The position numbers and the translations under genes are program-made. Below the pieces are notes generated by a model. It was given only the letters and a program-made list of their open reading frames with translations. It ran no database searches and was not told where the DNA came from. From an uncultured virus (IMG/VR IMGVR_UViG_3300031998_000018) (Duplodnaviria; Heunggongvirae; Uroviricota; Caudoviricetes), in IMG/VR virus record IMGVR_UViG_3300031998_000018: a stretch of DNA of 64,000 bases. The stretch is one strand, 5' to 3'. Positions within the stretch are counted from its first letter, which is position 1; each line of letters opens with the position of its first letter. Below are positions 6,432 to 18,782 of this stretch, one piece after another.

Positions 6432-7784
6432 ATGCCTACTAACCGACTGCACTTAGATTTCTCCCTTACTTATCGAGACGAGCGCTCCGCTTTTCTCGAT
6501 ATTTATCTGAGACAACCTGAATTTACTTAGCGCCCACCTACACCAGAAGAGTGTGAGACGATGGCTAACTATCTCTTATGGGGAAAAGACCGTCAAACAG
6601 GATTAAACGCCAAACAGGATGGCTCTGTCCAACTTACCTCCAAGCATGGTGACTGGGACTCTGACTCCGATTCTAACTTAGAATCGCTCGACGCCCTCAT
6701 GGAGTCCCCCACCTTCAACGAAGCTTCCCTCATCGATATATCTGCGCCCGCCTACCACGTAAAGAAAGAGGTCTTCTCCCGTGACGAAGCACTGGCGCAA
6801 TGCCCGCCTGAATTCATACCGATGTACCGTGAACTATTCCGTTCGATCGACGAACTCGACCTCATGATCAACTACTACGATCTCTAGCACAACAAACGTA
6901 CCAAACCTCCTCGCGAACAGCTTCTTCGTAAATTCACCGAAGAAGAACAACGCATTTTCCAAGAGAAAGTCACCCATTGGAACCAATTCAAATACCTCAA
7001 ACAACGTCATCAACTTATCGAGCTCCGACGCTAGCAATATACCTTGCGCGACTCCTATACCCCTCAGTCACTTCCCTCGGGCTACCAGCCAATCACAATC
7101 GCGCCTCTCGACGCAGACTGGGACGTAGGTATCGAAGTCCTGCCTCTCGGCATTTTCAGCAAAAATACGGCCGCGCGCCTACTATATCAGGACTTCGACG
7201 CCCTGATCCCGCAGAACTTCAATGAAGAATCTCTCCGTCTTGTCTACAAAATCTTTTGGTAGAAATAGAACTATGTTCCGAGCACCCGCAATCGCTACAT
7301 CGATTTCCGCGAACTCGAACACGTCTATAACATATTTGCGCTTTATTATGAGTTGGACCTCCCAGAGGATAATGAGTCATTTACCGAGTCGAATATCAGC
7401 GGTTTAATGAATGCACTAAAGTATTATGTACGTATGGCTGATCTCAGTGAAGCCTAGCGCGAGATTCTTGACATGAAATTAGAGAAGAAGAAAAATAGCG
7501 ATATTGCTTATGACATAAATAAGAAATATGGCAAGGCATATACTGCTAATTATATCTCGACTATCTTTAGACAGAGGATTATACCGAAAATCAATGAAGC
7601 CGCGGAGTATCACGTAAAGATCATCGAGAATTTGTGTTTTCCAGAAGAGTTCAAGACGTGCTCTTGTTGTGGGAAGACCTTACTGCGTGACCCGATTAAC
7701 TTCACACGGAAAACACGTAGTAAAGATGGATTCACTGCTCGGTGCAAGAAATGCGAGAAGCTAGCGAGATCAAAAGGAGATTAA
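6432..7784 (+). CDS. Putative transcription factor with sigma70 region-4-like HTH and C-terminal Zn ribbon (450 aa, 6 TAG=Gln)
   Basis: Fragments 6561, 7044, 7473 share one frame broken only by TAG; LSEA(Q)REILDMK...SDIA HTH; CSCC...CKKC. Confidence 0.65.
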
Positions 7785-7790
7785 GACAAG

Positions 7791-8060
7791 ATGGAACACG
7801 ACAATAATCAAAAGAATATTACAAATGGGGAATAGTTCATTAAGCTGATGTTGAAGTTGAATGGGGACGAACTCTGCGCCCTGTCGAAAATTTTGGGCAT
7901 CCGCCTTCTCACGAACGAAATCGACCCCGAAACAAAACACGCCATCCCTAGAATGGCGGAAGACATCATTGATGACATTATTGTCCACTTCGGACAAATG
8001 GAGCGCAAGGACCGGCGCTGGTTGATTCGTTATCTCAAAAAGCAAACCAAAGGGAGATAA
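7791..8060 (+). CDS. Hypothetical protein (89 aa, 1 TAG)
   Basis: AAGGAG RBS, in frame with ORF 7848 through a TAG. Confidence 0.7.
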
Positions 8061-8065
8061 TCGCT

Positions 8066-9082
8066 ATGGCACTTGTACCAAAAATCCAACGTAAAACTAA
8101 ATTTGTCTCTAAGAAATGTTCGATTTGCGGCGGGATCTTTGGGCCTGAGAGCTATGCGCCGACCAAATCTCTCTTTTATCCTGATGGGGTAATCCCTGTA
8201 TGCAATGATTGTATCGATGGTATACTAGCGATGCAAGACGACTCCTGGACCATCGTAGACAAAGTTTGTCAGTTAGCTGATATTCCTTTTGTCCCGAAAG
8301 AGTGGGAGAGGTTGAGGGATATGGATGAGGCGAATGTATTTTATCGCTATGCTAATATTTTTTAGGGTTAGGAGTATGAAGGAATCGGATGGGGTGATTA
8401 CTATGCGGCCTTCCAAAATTTAAAGCAATCTGGAAATATTGAGGATGAGCTTCCTGGCCTTGCGGATGAAAAACGACGTAAGTTGAAGGAAAAATGGGGC
8501 GGTAATTACGATGACGATGCGCTAGGCTATCTCGAATAGTTATTTAATGGTTTGATGACTACTCAGAATGTCAATGGCGCATTGTAGATCGACCAGGCTT
8601 TGAAAATCTGTAAGATGTCTTACGAGATCGATTAGCGTATTGCGGCCGGAGATGATTTTGATAAATTACTTGGATCCTATGACAAGATGGTCAAGGCTGC
8701 TGAGTTTACTCCAAAGAATGTCAAAAACATTAATGACTTTGATACTTTCGGCGAAGCTACTCGATGGATGGAAAAGAGAGGCTGGCGCAATAAATTCTAT
8801 GACAGAGTCACTCGCGATATAGTCGATGAATCCATGAAGAACTTCTAGGCTTTCAACTAGAGGTTGTATACGAATGAGTCCGCAATTCCTGAGGAGATTG
8901 CGCGCCGCCTTGAGGCCCTCAAAACAACGGCTGAAATGGAGAATTACTACGAAACTGATACAGAGCATGACCTTGATGCTTTTGAGCAAGAAGGTTATGA
9001 GTAGTTGCTTCATGATACTGCGAATGAGGAATTCAAGGTTGACTTGGATGATGATTCAGATGAGGATGAAGACAATGGTTGA
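8066..9082 (+). CDS. Zn-finger protein upstream of TerL, candidate terminase small subunit (338 aa, TAG=Gln)
   Basis: CSIC...CNDC N-terminus; frame open to TGA 9080-9082 apart from TAGs; overlaps TerL start; function inferred from position. Confidence 0.6.
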
Positions 9083-10892
9083 TACTAGAAAGAATAAAAT
9101 ACTTACATAGCGCCGGACCGTGTTTGATAGTGATATGCTCGATCACGGATATCGCGACGGTATCGAAATAGAAAAGGGAGTCGTCCTCAATGAAGACTAC
9201 CTCGAAAAACATTATGAAGAGATTGGCAATATGCTGTCAATCTTTTCTGCATATCCAGACATTTTTCTTGATTTTATTACCCCTGCTGAATCCAATTTTG
9301 AATTATTTTTCTATCAAAGAATCACACTGCGCGCGATCATGCGTTATCGCGGTGTGTATATAACGGCGCCTCGTGCGTTCTCGAAGTCATTCATCACGAT
9401 CTTGGGGTTAATGCTTCAATGCATTTTTATTCCTGGCACCAAACGATTTATCTGCGCTCCTAACAAAAATCAGTCGGCGCAGATTGCGAAAGAAAAGATC
9501 GTTGAGATCTACGACCGTTGGCCGCTAATTCGTAAAGAAGTTATCGGGGGTGATATTTCGGATACGCCCGGTAATTTCGGTAAAGACTACGTCACCCTTA
9601 AGTTTCGTAATGGTTCACAGTTTGACGTTGTCGGCGCCCTTGACTCCCAACGTGGTGGTCGTAGGCATGGCGGCCTAATCGACGAGGTTCGTGACCATGA
9701 AGAAGAGCCAATCAACGAAATCGTTCTCCCTCTTATGAACGTTTCGCGCCGACTACCCGACAACACCGTTAACCCTAACGAACCTAACCAAGAAAGAATC
9801 TTCATGACATCTGCTGGCGTCAAGACTTCTTTCGCTTATGACCTACTGCTCGACATATTCGAAGACTCTATTATCCATCCCGAAGATTCTTTCTGTATGG
9901 GATGCGATTACAGAGTGCCGCTGATGCATGGACTGCTTGACCGCACCTACATCAATAAACTAAAGACCTCTCCTTCCTACTCCGAAGAAGCTTTCGCGCG
10001 CGAATATCTCTCTATCTGGTCCGGTTCTTCTGATGAGTCTTGGTATAACTTCGACAAGCTGTAGAAGTATAGAAAAATCAAGAATCCCGAAACGCACGCA
10101 AAATTTAGAGAGAGCGACTCATGTTTTTACTTATTATCAGTAGACGTAGGACGTATTCATGACCAAACGGTCGTGTGTGTCTATCGTGTCAATATTGACA
10201 AATCAGGTAAGCATTTTGTTACTCTTGTGAATTTAATCGTGCTAGCGCGCGAGGCTGCGACAAAGACATTTGTCTAGCAAGCGATTGACATCAAACGCTT
10301 AATTCGCGACTTCCATCCGCGCGAGGTTGTCATTGATACAAACGGTTTAGGTATAGGCCTGGCCGACGAGATGATTAAACCTCATTATGATGATTTAGGT
10401 GAGTTTTATCCGGCATATGCTTTTAAGAATGATGAAACCTATTACGCCATTCAACCTAAAGATGCGCCGAAGATTCTATATAGCCTTAAAGCTAATGGAC
10501 CTCTCAAATCCAAGATACATGGTAATGCTTATGCAAAGCTAAGTAGTGGAACAGTGCGCTTCCTTATCAAAGAACAAGAAGCTAAAACTGCGCTGATGGC
10601 CACTAAAACTGGTCAAAAAATGTCAGTATATAAACGAGTAGAACGTCTTATGCCGCATGAGATGACAACTAAATTATTTGAAGAAATGGCTAATTTGCGG
10701 CTAAAACGAACCGGGGTATCGACAGATATTGTTCTCGAACAAATCAATACCCGCTACCCAGACGATAAATATTCGTCATTCGTTTACGGACTCTGGCGCA
10801 TCAAAGAGATGGAAGAAGAGTATACTCAAAAACGTCGAAGACGTTTCGGAGCGACCGGAGATCACAAACGTTAGTTAGTCTTTTATAATTAA
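9075..10892 (+). CDS. terL: Terminase large subunit (605 aa, 4 TAG=Gln)
   Basis: APRAFSKS Walker A-like, GLIDE Walker B, SVDVG and VIDTNGLG nuclease motifs in one frame joined through TAGs. Confidence 0.92.
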
Positions 10893-10903
10893 GGAGGATA
10901 TAG

Positions 10904-12424
10904 ATGGCTGAATAGGAAAACCCAATGCACACTTTTGACCTATCTTCCTTTAAAAAAGCACAAGACAAAATGATCGCAACTAGCGACACCGCGTATAAGG
11001 GACGCTTCCCTGAACGGGAAAGATTCTGGCGCACTCGTAGTACGTTTACGCCTGAAGAAGTTGCGAACATTATTGAATCTGGGTCTTTAGTAGAGCAGCA
11101 ACGTCTGTCTCGTTACTACTATCATAAAAATGGATACTACAAGCATATTATTATCTACTATGCTACCTTATTGAAGTATATGGGTTTACTTATACCTAAT
11201 CCAGCAGCCGGTAAAAGTCTCTCCACCTCCCATATCTAGAAAAGGTATTTTAGTGCAATAGATCTTGTGGAATCTATGCAATTACCTGTGTGGTTAACGA
11301 ACTGCGCTCAACGGGCGCTAGTTGATGGATGCTACTATGGTGTAAGAGTAGATACTGACAAGAACACATTTGCTGTTCTCGATTTACCTGCTCAGTATTG
11401 TTGCTCTCGTTTTAAAGACGCATCTGGAAATGACTTAATTGAATTTGATTTGGGCTACTTTAACACCATCAGTATGCTCGAAGCAAGAGAAGCGGCACTA
11501 GAAGCTTTTCCAAAAGTCATTGTCAAAGCCTATCGTAAATGGATGCGCACCAAAGGGGACCTTAATTAGAAATGGTTTATTATTCCAAGTGATATTGGAG
11601 TATGTATTCCGATTTTTGATGGTCGTCCTTTATTCCTAAGTGTTATTCCTGCAACAATAGCATATGATGATGCCGTACAAAATCGTCAAGATAAAGAAGT
11701 AGAAGACATTCATAAGATTATCGTACAACAGATTCCTCATCTTACAGATGGGCGCTTACTGTTTGAGCCGGATGAAGCGGAAGAGATTCATGCTGGCGCC
11801 GTTGGTATGTTAAAAGGTGATAAAAATATCAGTGTTTTAACTACCTATGCAGATGTTGATTCTGTCACATCTAATACTTCCGACGATAATAGTGATAAAC
11901 TACTGACTCGTTTCGAGCAGAATATTTACTCCCAAGGCGGCGTTAGCGGGCAAATTTTTGCTTCCACCGGTAGCGGTACCTTGGAGACGTCTCTCGAACA
12001 TGACTTGGCGTTTATGATGTACTTTGCAAACAAAGCTTCGGTCTATGTTTCAAATGTTCTTAATGAGAAATTAGGGAATGCGAATATTACTTTTAAGTAT
12101 AAAATCATGCCCATTTCCCATTATAATACTTCTGAGTTTATTACAGATTCTTTCAAATTAGTTAGCTCTGGATACAGTGCATTATTACCTGCTTTAGCAT
12201 TCGGTATGTCTCAAAAAGACTTACCTAATATCAAAGATCTTGAAAATGATGTCCTCAAACTTAGTGAAAAACTTAAGCCACTTGAGACTTCTTATACTCA
12301 AGGCAATGAGAAAGGAACGACCGATAACCCGAAAGGCGGCCGCCCTGAATTGCAAAGCAACGAGAAAAGTGAAAAAACGATTATAAATGAAGAGTCGCAA
12401 AGCAGAACGGGAGGAGGTTCATAA
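10904..12424 (+). CDS. Portal protein (506 aa, 3 TAG=Gln)
   Basis: Position after TerL, size, AAGGAGG RBS, C-terminal GGRP; fragments joined by TAG. Confidence 0.8.
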
Positions 12425-12428
12425 TTAA

Positions 12429-13862
12429 ATGGAAAACAATCAAATTAATTTTGAATTACCTGTTACCGTTTATGGAAATTTAGAAAAGTATAATGATGTA
12501 ATTTCTAAGGGAAGATGCCGTATTTTCTATAAAGGCGCCAACCGAAATGGTACTTATATTACCGACGAATTTGCCGATAAATTACTGAGTACTATTGCTT
12601 ATGCGCCAGTTAAGGGCATTTTTGAAACTAGTGAAGATGATTATACAGATCATGGTGATAAACGAAGCGAAGGGCGCATTTATGGAATTGTTCCACAAGA
12701 TTACAACTTAACATGGGAGCCTCATACTGATGAGGACGGAATTGAGCGTATTTATGCTAATGTTGATGTCCTTATCTACACTGGGCTCTACTCAGAAGCC
12801 AACACCATTTTTGGTAAGTCGCAATCTATGGAGCTATATCGTAAGTCTATTAAGGGTGATTGGAAGATTATCGAAGGAAAACGTTATTACGTTTTTGAAG
12901 ATGCTTGCTTCCTTGGCCTGCAGGTACTTGGAGATCATGTGGAGCCTTGCTTCGAAGGCGCGGCCTTCTTCAGTTTATATCAGTCTTTATTAGACCAAGT
13001 CGAACAATTAGATAAATTACAAGACAATTTCCAGGATAACGGACAAGGAGGAAGTACTATGCCTAGTCTTACTTTTAAGCTGTCTGATAGTCAAAAATTC
13101 GAGGCTCTTTGGGATTTATTAAATCCTAATTGCAGCGTAGAAAACGATTATGCTATTGAGTATGTTGTTTGCAGTGTTTATGATGAATATGCCGTTGCCT
13201 ACAATCTTGTTGAAGGTATTTATGAGCGTGTTTATTACACCAAAGATGACGCTACAGACTCTGTAAGTATTGACAGAAAAGAGCGTTGCTACATTCTTGA
13301 CGTTAATGAAGACGAAAAGAAAGCTCTTGATGCACTCCATGCATTAAATGGTAGCACTTATGAGTTAGTTGATGAAAAATTCGCTCAAATTGATGAACTC
13401 AATGCGAAAATTTCTGAAAATGACACCAAAGTTGGAGAGTTAAATACAACTATTTCTACTTTAACAATGGAAAGAGACGAGGCTAACTCTCACATGGCTG
13501 AATTACAAAGCAAGTTTGATGAAGTTTCTGCACAATATGCTGAGGCTCAAATTGCTATTGGTAGTTTAACTACTGAGCGCGATTCCCTCGCCGCTTATAA
13601 AAAGACTATTGAGGATGAGGGCAAATTAGCTATTATTAAGGCTTATATCGATTCTGTTGACGCTGCAGTTATCGAGCAGTTTACTGCTGATATAGATAAT
13701 TACACTGCCGAAGAGCTTGATATGAAACTTACATACGAGCAAAAGAAAGCCCATCCTGAATTATTCGTCCAAACCCCTAAGCCTGCTTATTTTCCTAAGG
13801 ATGATGACGCATCCACAGGTGGCTTAGATGGAATTCTTGCCAAATATGAGCATAAAAAATAA
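12429..13862 (+). CDS. Prohead protease fused to coiled-coil scaffold
   Basis: GANRNG, QSMEL, GLQVLG..VEPCFEGA protease-like N-half; acidic coiled-coil C-half; between portal and capsid. Confidence 0.75.
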   Translation: MENNQINFELPVTVYGNLEKYNDVISKGRCRIFYKGANRNGTYITDEFADKLLSTIAYAPVKGIFETSEDDYTDHGDKRSEGRIYGIVPQDYNLTWEPHTDEDGIERIYANVDVLIYTGLYSEANTIFGKSQSMELYRKSIKGDWKIIEGKRYYVFEDACFLGLQVLGDHVEPCFEGAAFFSLYQSLLDQVEQLDKLQDNFQDNGQGGSTMPSLTFKLSDSQKFEALWDLLNPNCSVENDYAIEYVVCSVYDEYAVAYNLVEGIYERVYYTKDDATDSVSIDRKERCYILDVNEDEKKALDALHALNGSTYELVDEKFAQIDELNAKISENDTKVGELNTTISTLTMERDEANSHMAELQSKFDEVSAQYAEAQIAIGSLTTERDSLAAYKKTIEDEGKLAIIKAYIDSVDAAVIEQFTADIDNYTAEELDMKLTYEQKKAHPELFVQTPKPAYFPKDDDASTGGLDGILAKYEHKK

Positions 13863-13885
13863 TTAATAATTGGAGGATCATTATT

Positions 13886-14449
13886 ATGGCTGCTACACGT
13901 ATTGCCTGTGATGGATACGGCCAGCTTGAACTCAATCAAGTTGCCTTCCGTCGTGACGGTAGAATCGAAGCTCAGAGCAAGCTAAAAGCCTATGTTGCTT
14001 CTACTGCTGAAGATGGTTTCGATAAAGCGCATCCTGCTGAGAATGGCATGCTTCTCGTTTTCAACCCTACAAAGCGCGAAATCAGCAAGCCTGCCGCTGC
14101 TACCGATAAAGTTTTACTTAACTACACCACAGAGCACATGTATGATGAGAGAACTCCTGGTCTGAAGAACTTCTGCCTCGTTCCTGGCACATTCCTTCCT
14201 AGACTTGGATATCTTGCTACTGGTGACAAGTACACCACAAACTGTGTTTCTTATGACTCCGAGGACTATGATGATGAGGATGCTTTCTGGGATGCTGTTG
14301 CCGCTTGCGACGCCACTCCCCTTTATGCTTGCCCATGTGAAGATGGTTCTCACCTTGTTTCCGATTCTGCGACCAACGCTGTTGCTCAGGTCGTGAAGGG
14401 AGACACAATGCCGGACGGCCAAAAGGCCATCCAGTTTATCGCACTTTAA
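13886..14449 (+). CDS. Head decoration/minor capsid protein
   Basis: Immediately upstream of MCP; AENGML motif; TAG-free. Confidence 0.6.
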   Translation: MAATRIACDGYGQLELNQVAFRRDGRIEAQSKLKAYVASTAEDGFDKAHPAENGMLLVFNPTKREISKPAAATDKVLLNYTTEHMYDERTPGLKNFCLVPGTFLPRLGYLATGDKYTTNCVSYDSEDYDDEDAFWDAVAACDATPLYACPCEDGSHLVSDSATNAVAQVVKGDTMPDGQKAIQFIAL

Positions 14450-14468
14450 TTAAAGGAGGTACAAAGCA

Positions 14469-15542
14469 ATGACTATTAACGAATTAAGAGAATTAGCTCG
14501 TCATGCTGCTCATCGTACTGCTCCTGAAAACTACAGTGTTGTAAGTGTCGATAAAGCATTAGCTGACGGCTTCAAGGAAATTGCTGGTTCTATCAACGCT
14601 TTCATGAAGAACCGTTATGATATCTATGATATCATTATTGAAAACGCCGATGAAATTGTTCCTGCCCAGGTTATGGCGCAGTTCGGTCAGTTCGCTGAAG
14701 TCCGCAATGTTGCTCAGGGCGACAAAGTGCTCTTCAAGAGAGGACCTCTCGGCAAAGCTCGCGCTAAGAAGTTCCTGACTCAGGTCGGCCTTAGTGGCGT
14801 TTATGAGAGCTTCCGTCTCGACAAGGAAACCTTCACTGTTGGGATGAAGGCTATCGGCGGCGCCGTTTCCATCGACTTCGAAAGAATGCTCGATGGTGCT
14901 GAGACTCTCTCCGAGTTCATGGCCGTTCTTACCGAGGCTCAAGTTGATGGCATTTATGGCGAAATCCAGAACGCTCTTATGAGCGCTATGGCTAATATGC
15001 CTGCGGCCAACTATGTTTCTGGCGGCTACAGCGCTACAGCGCTTCAGGCTCTTGTTAACACAGTTAAGGCTTACGGCGGTGGTGCCACCATCTTCGCTTC
15101 TCCTGAGTTTGTTGCTGCTATGGGACCTGATGCTATCGTTCCTGCGATCGCTAATGCTGCCCAGGCTATCTACCCTCAGGATGATATTGATTCCATTCAC
15201 AACACAGGTCGCATTCGCATCTTCCGTGGAACTCCTATTGTTGAGTTAAGACAGTCCTTCGTAGACGAGAAGAATGAGCAGATTATGATTAATCCTCAGT
15301 TTGCTTACGTTCTTCCTACTGGCAACGACAAGATTGTCAAGATCGTCATGGAAGGCCAGACACAGATTTATGATGCTGTGAACCGTGACCAGTCCATCGA
15401 AGTTAACACCTATCGCAAGGTTGGCGTTGGCATTCTTGCCTACAACAACTGGGGTGTATATCAGAACACAGGTATCGACGACTCCAAGTGGTATGATTCT
15501 GGTGTCCTTGACATCGATGTTGACTTACATCAGAAACCTTAA
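14469..15542 (+). CDS. Major capsid protein
   Basis: 357 aa, strong RBS, biased codon usage, synteny, followed by terminator. Confidence 0.85.
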   Translation: MTINELRELARHAAHRTAPENYSVVSVDKALADGFKEIAGSINAFMKNRYDIYDIIIENADEIVPAQVMAQFGQFAEVRNVAQGDKVLFKRGPLGKARAKKFLTQVGLSGVYESFRLDKETFTVGMKAIGGAVSIDFERMLDGAETLSEFMAVLTEAQVDGIYGEIQNALMSAMANMPAANYVSGGYSATALQALVNTVKAYGGGATIFASPEFVAAMGPDAIVPAIANAAQAIYPQDDIDSIHNTGRIRIFRGTPIVELRQSFVDEKNEQIMINPQFAYVLPTGNDKIVKIVMEGQTQIYDAVNRDQSIEVNTYRKVGVGILAYNNWGVYQNTGIDDSKWYDSGVLDIDVDLHQKP

Positions 15543-15558
15543 GTCTCTGTGACACATT

Positions 15559-15590
15559 GAGGGGAGGGGTAAATCCCCTTCCCTCTTAAT
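15559..15590 (+). terminator. Hairpin terminator after MCP
   Basis: GAGGGGAGGGG-TAAAT-CCCCTTCCCTC. Confidence 0.7.
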
Positions 15591-15637
15591 TAATAATAAA
15601 TGCTCGTAGACGAGTGAGTTAAAGGAGAAAATTTAAT

Positions 15638-16111
15638 ATGGAAAACATGATTTATGTTTCTAGCGCGAGTGATCATACACTCGTTATGTTCATTCCCGAG
15701 ATGAATCTGTCCAAAACTTGGACTAAAAGAGGATAGAGATATCCATTTACCAGAGAACAGTTAATTCAGGCTTATTACAATCCTTCTGTTGAATATATGT
15801 TTAAACAGGGGCTACTTGTTACTGAAGATAAGGAATTTCTACAGGCTGTCGGTCTTATGGAAGAAGATGGCACTATGGAAGTTGTTAGCTTGACTCCAGA
15901 TTTACTTAATCGTATGATTAAGCTAATGCCGGTTGCTGATGTTAAGCAGCATGCGGCGAAGCTATCGCATACACAGTTAAATGAACTGGGCGAGTATGCA
16001 GTGGCGCATTATCAGGATCTCAAGCTAGATCGTATTGACTTATTAAGCAAATTAACTGGTAAAAATCTATTAAAGGCGATTGAGAATTACAAAGCAGCAC
16101 AGGAGGGATAA
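15638..16111 (+). CDS. Hypothetical head-associated protein (157 aa, TAG=Gln)
   Basis: AAGGAG RBS; in frame with ORF 15797. Confidence 0.7.
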
Positions 16112-16113
16112 TT

Positions 16114-16557
16114 ATGACCTCTTACGATACAATATATAAAGCTTTTCTAGCGCGCATCCTTGAAGATGAGTGGGAGAATTGGCTAATTGAAGAGGCTGAA
16201 CAGGATTGGAGAGAGATTCTGGAGGCGGCCTTGCCTTGGTTTAAATTTCCAAGAACGTCCCTGGACCATGACGAAAATGGCTTTAGTGGTGATCTTCGTC
16301 AATCTGAAATACAGATTATTGCTAATTATATGAAGTGCGAATGGCTTAATCGCTGCATTATGACTTGGGAGAATGTCAAGCCTCTATATGTGGAGAGAGA
16401 CTTCTCGCAAGCTAACTTAATTGATAAACTCACTAAGATGCTTGAAGCAGAAAGAAAGAACGCATTAGCATTAGAGAGTGTTTATTATCGCTCGCGCGAG
16501 GGTAAGCCTTTTGACTTCACTAGATTAGCAACACGAGCGGAAAATGCCCTTAAGTGA
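16114..16557 (+). CDS. Putative head-tail connector protein
   Basis: Synteny, 147 aa, helical. Confidence 0.55.
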   Translation: MTSYDTIYKAFLARILEDEWENWLIEEAEQDWREILEAALPWFKFPRTSLDHDENGFSGDLRQSEIQIIANYMKCEWLNRCIMTWENVKPLYVERDFSQANLIDKLTKMLEAERKNALALESVYYRSREGKPFDFTRLATRAENALK

Positions 16558-16795
16558 AGAATATCGAAACAAATTAAAGAATAGACTTTTTGGGTTATTG
16601 TGCGAATGCGAGAAAGGGCGCGAATGGCGCAAATACCTTGATGCCATTCTCATTGAGTTATATGGCTTTGATGAGGTTAATAAGACTGCGGCCTACTATC
16701 ATTTAGTACATAACCTGAGTTCATGTCGGTATCTTGCCTATGAGTTTTTCCGTAGTACAATCTTTGATTGTATGAGTTTGGTGGATAAGATATGA
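16544..16795 (+). CDS. Hypothetical protein (83 aa)
   Basis: Overlap-coupled ORF in neck module. Confidence 0.65.
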   Translation: MPLSEEYRNKLKNRLFGLLCECEKGREWRKYLDAILIELYGFDEVNKTAAYYHLVHNLSSCRYLAYEFFRSTIFDCMSLVDKI

Positions 16796-17523
16796 GCTAC
16801 TATGATGAAGTTTATTTAAAGCGATTAAATCGCTATGGTCTAGATTATCAATCGCGCCTTCAGGGACAGCGCGAGCGTAATTTTGAGAATTATTTACTAA
16901 AAACACCTTTTAGAATTGATTTTTAGTATGATGATAAATTATAGCCTGCTAGTTTAGAGAGATCTAAACAAGACTATTCAGAAACACAAGCTTATCTTTT
17001 AACGAGAACTAGTTTAGATATACCAAATGGGACCATTTTGGAAATTATTACACAAGATGGTGCGAAGCAACCATGGATGATATGGTGGCTTGAACATATT
17101 GCATCAAGTGGATATAATAAATATATGGTTCTGAAGATGACGCATACACTAACGTGGACTGTAGCCGGTCAAACTTATGTTCAATGGGGCTATTTCCGTG
17201 GTCCTGGTACAACCAAGATCCGTGATTCAATTAAGTCTTATATGGGCGAATCAGTTTGGGCGGAGAATGATAATCTTTATATGTTTATTACTCCATATCA
17301 TAAAGAACTCTATAAAGAGCTGTATTTTACAGCTATTGAAGCAAATACTAAATCAGCTTTTATTACCACTGATATTGATATTACCTCAACAAAAGGCGTC
17401 GCTTATGTCTCGGTTGATCCAACATTATTACGCGATGAAAGCGCGCCGCCTACATAGGGTGAAAACGATAATAGTGAAGACTTTTATTGGCTAACCGGAG
17501 GTGAGACAAATGGCAGTCCGTAA
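16792..17523 (+). CDS. Putative head-closure/neck protein (243 aa, TAG=Gln)
   Basis: ATGA overlap with the previous gene; frame open to TAA 17521-17523 apart from TAGs. Confidence 0.6.
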
Positions 17524-18001
17524 TTGTATAGAGATTGGAGAGAATTTACAGAAGATTATGGTTCGTTTATTAGCAAATGATGATTTAGTGAAGTTATTAT
17601 TCTATAATGATGCTGATCCATTTAGTCATGCAGCGCTAACAGACGAAGAAAAGCGTACATTGGTCTTTAATAAATTGATTAGAATTGTACCGAAAGTTAC
17701 TCCGCATGAAACTAGTCAAAGCGTTATATCTATTCGTATTGTTAATGGTATTAAAACTAGTAACAATAATGAGTTCCGTAATATTCGGTTAAGTATTGAA
17801 GTATTTGTTCCGTGGGATTAGTGGTTATATAAAAGCACTAATTTGCGCCCGTTCGCGATTTTAGGATTAATTCAAGAATCACTCGAGGGGAAGACTATAA
17901 ATGGCTTAGGCAAGATTACTGGTGGGAATTTTACATTAAATTTCCTTACTGATGAAGTTGCTTGCTATGAAGCTACTTATGACATCATAACTTATGATTG
18001 A
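17510..18001 (+). CDS. Putative tail completion/terminator protein (163 aa, 1 TAG)
   Basis: GGAGG RBS; VFVPWD(Q)W...LRPFAI; synteny. Confidence 0.55.
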
Positions 18002-18767
18002 TCCTCTTACCTTTTTGGGTTTACCTTTGGAGTTTAGGTCTATTTGTAAGATCTATCCTCCAAAGGTAAAAGATATTATTTCTAATCCTAAAGCGATGCA
18101 GTTGTTTAAGTTGCTTACTTACTCGCAAGAAGATATTGAAGACTTATTACAACAAGATCAAAAAGATGCACACGGCGCCCCAGATAAAAAAATACCGACC
18201 CCTCTTGAATTTATATTGATTAATTCATATAAAAATAAAGAGTTTAGTCAATTAATTGAAGAAGCATTTCAATTATTTATACACGAACCCATTACTTTGG
18301 TATATGAGAGTAAACTGATATTAATTGGAGATGTACAAAATCTTGCTACCATTACTGATATAAAAACGTTTAGGTATTTATCTGAAGATACATTTTTTGA
18401 ATTTCAAAACCTAATACGAGAATCAATGGGCGCAGAACTTGCATCTATACCCGATCCCAATGAAAACGCAATTGTCAAGCGTGTTAAGGCCGCCGGTCGG
18501 CGCCGTAAGCGTCTTGCTGCAAAAAGTAAAAAAGGAATTTCACTTACTACGAGTTTGGGAGCAATTTGTTGTATGGGGATAGGATTAACTCCACTTAATA
18601 TTGGAGAGATAAGTTATGCTTCTATTGATGTCATTATGACTTTATATCAATAGAAGGAAAAATATCAAACTGATATAGACAGTTTGATGGCTGGGGCGGA
18701 TCCTAAAAAAGTTCACCCAAAATATTGGATTAGAGAAAAATCTGATTTTAGTGACATTAAAATCTAA
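17994..18767 (+). CDS. Hypothetical tail-module protein (257 aa, 1 TAG)
   Basis: Frame continues past TAG 18651-18653 to TAA just before the tail tube RBS. Confidence 0.65.
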
Positions 18768-18782
18768 GGAGGATTTAACGTT

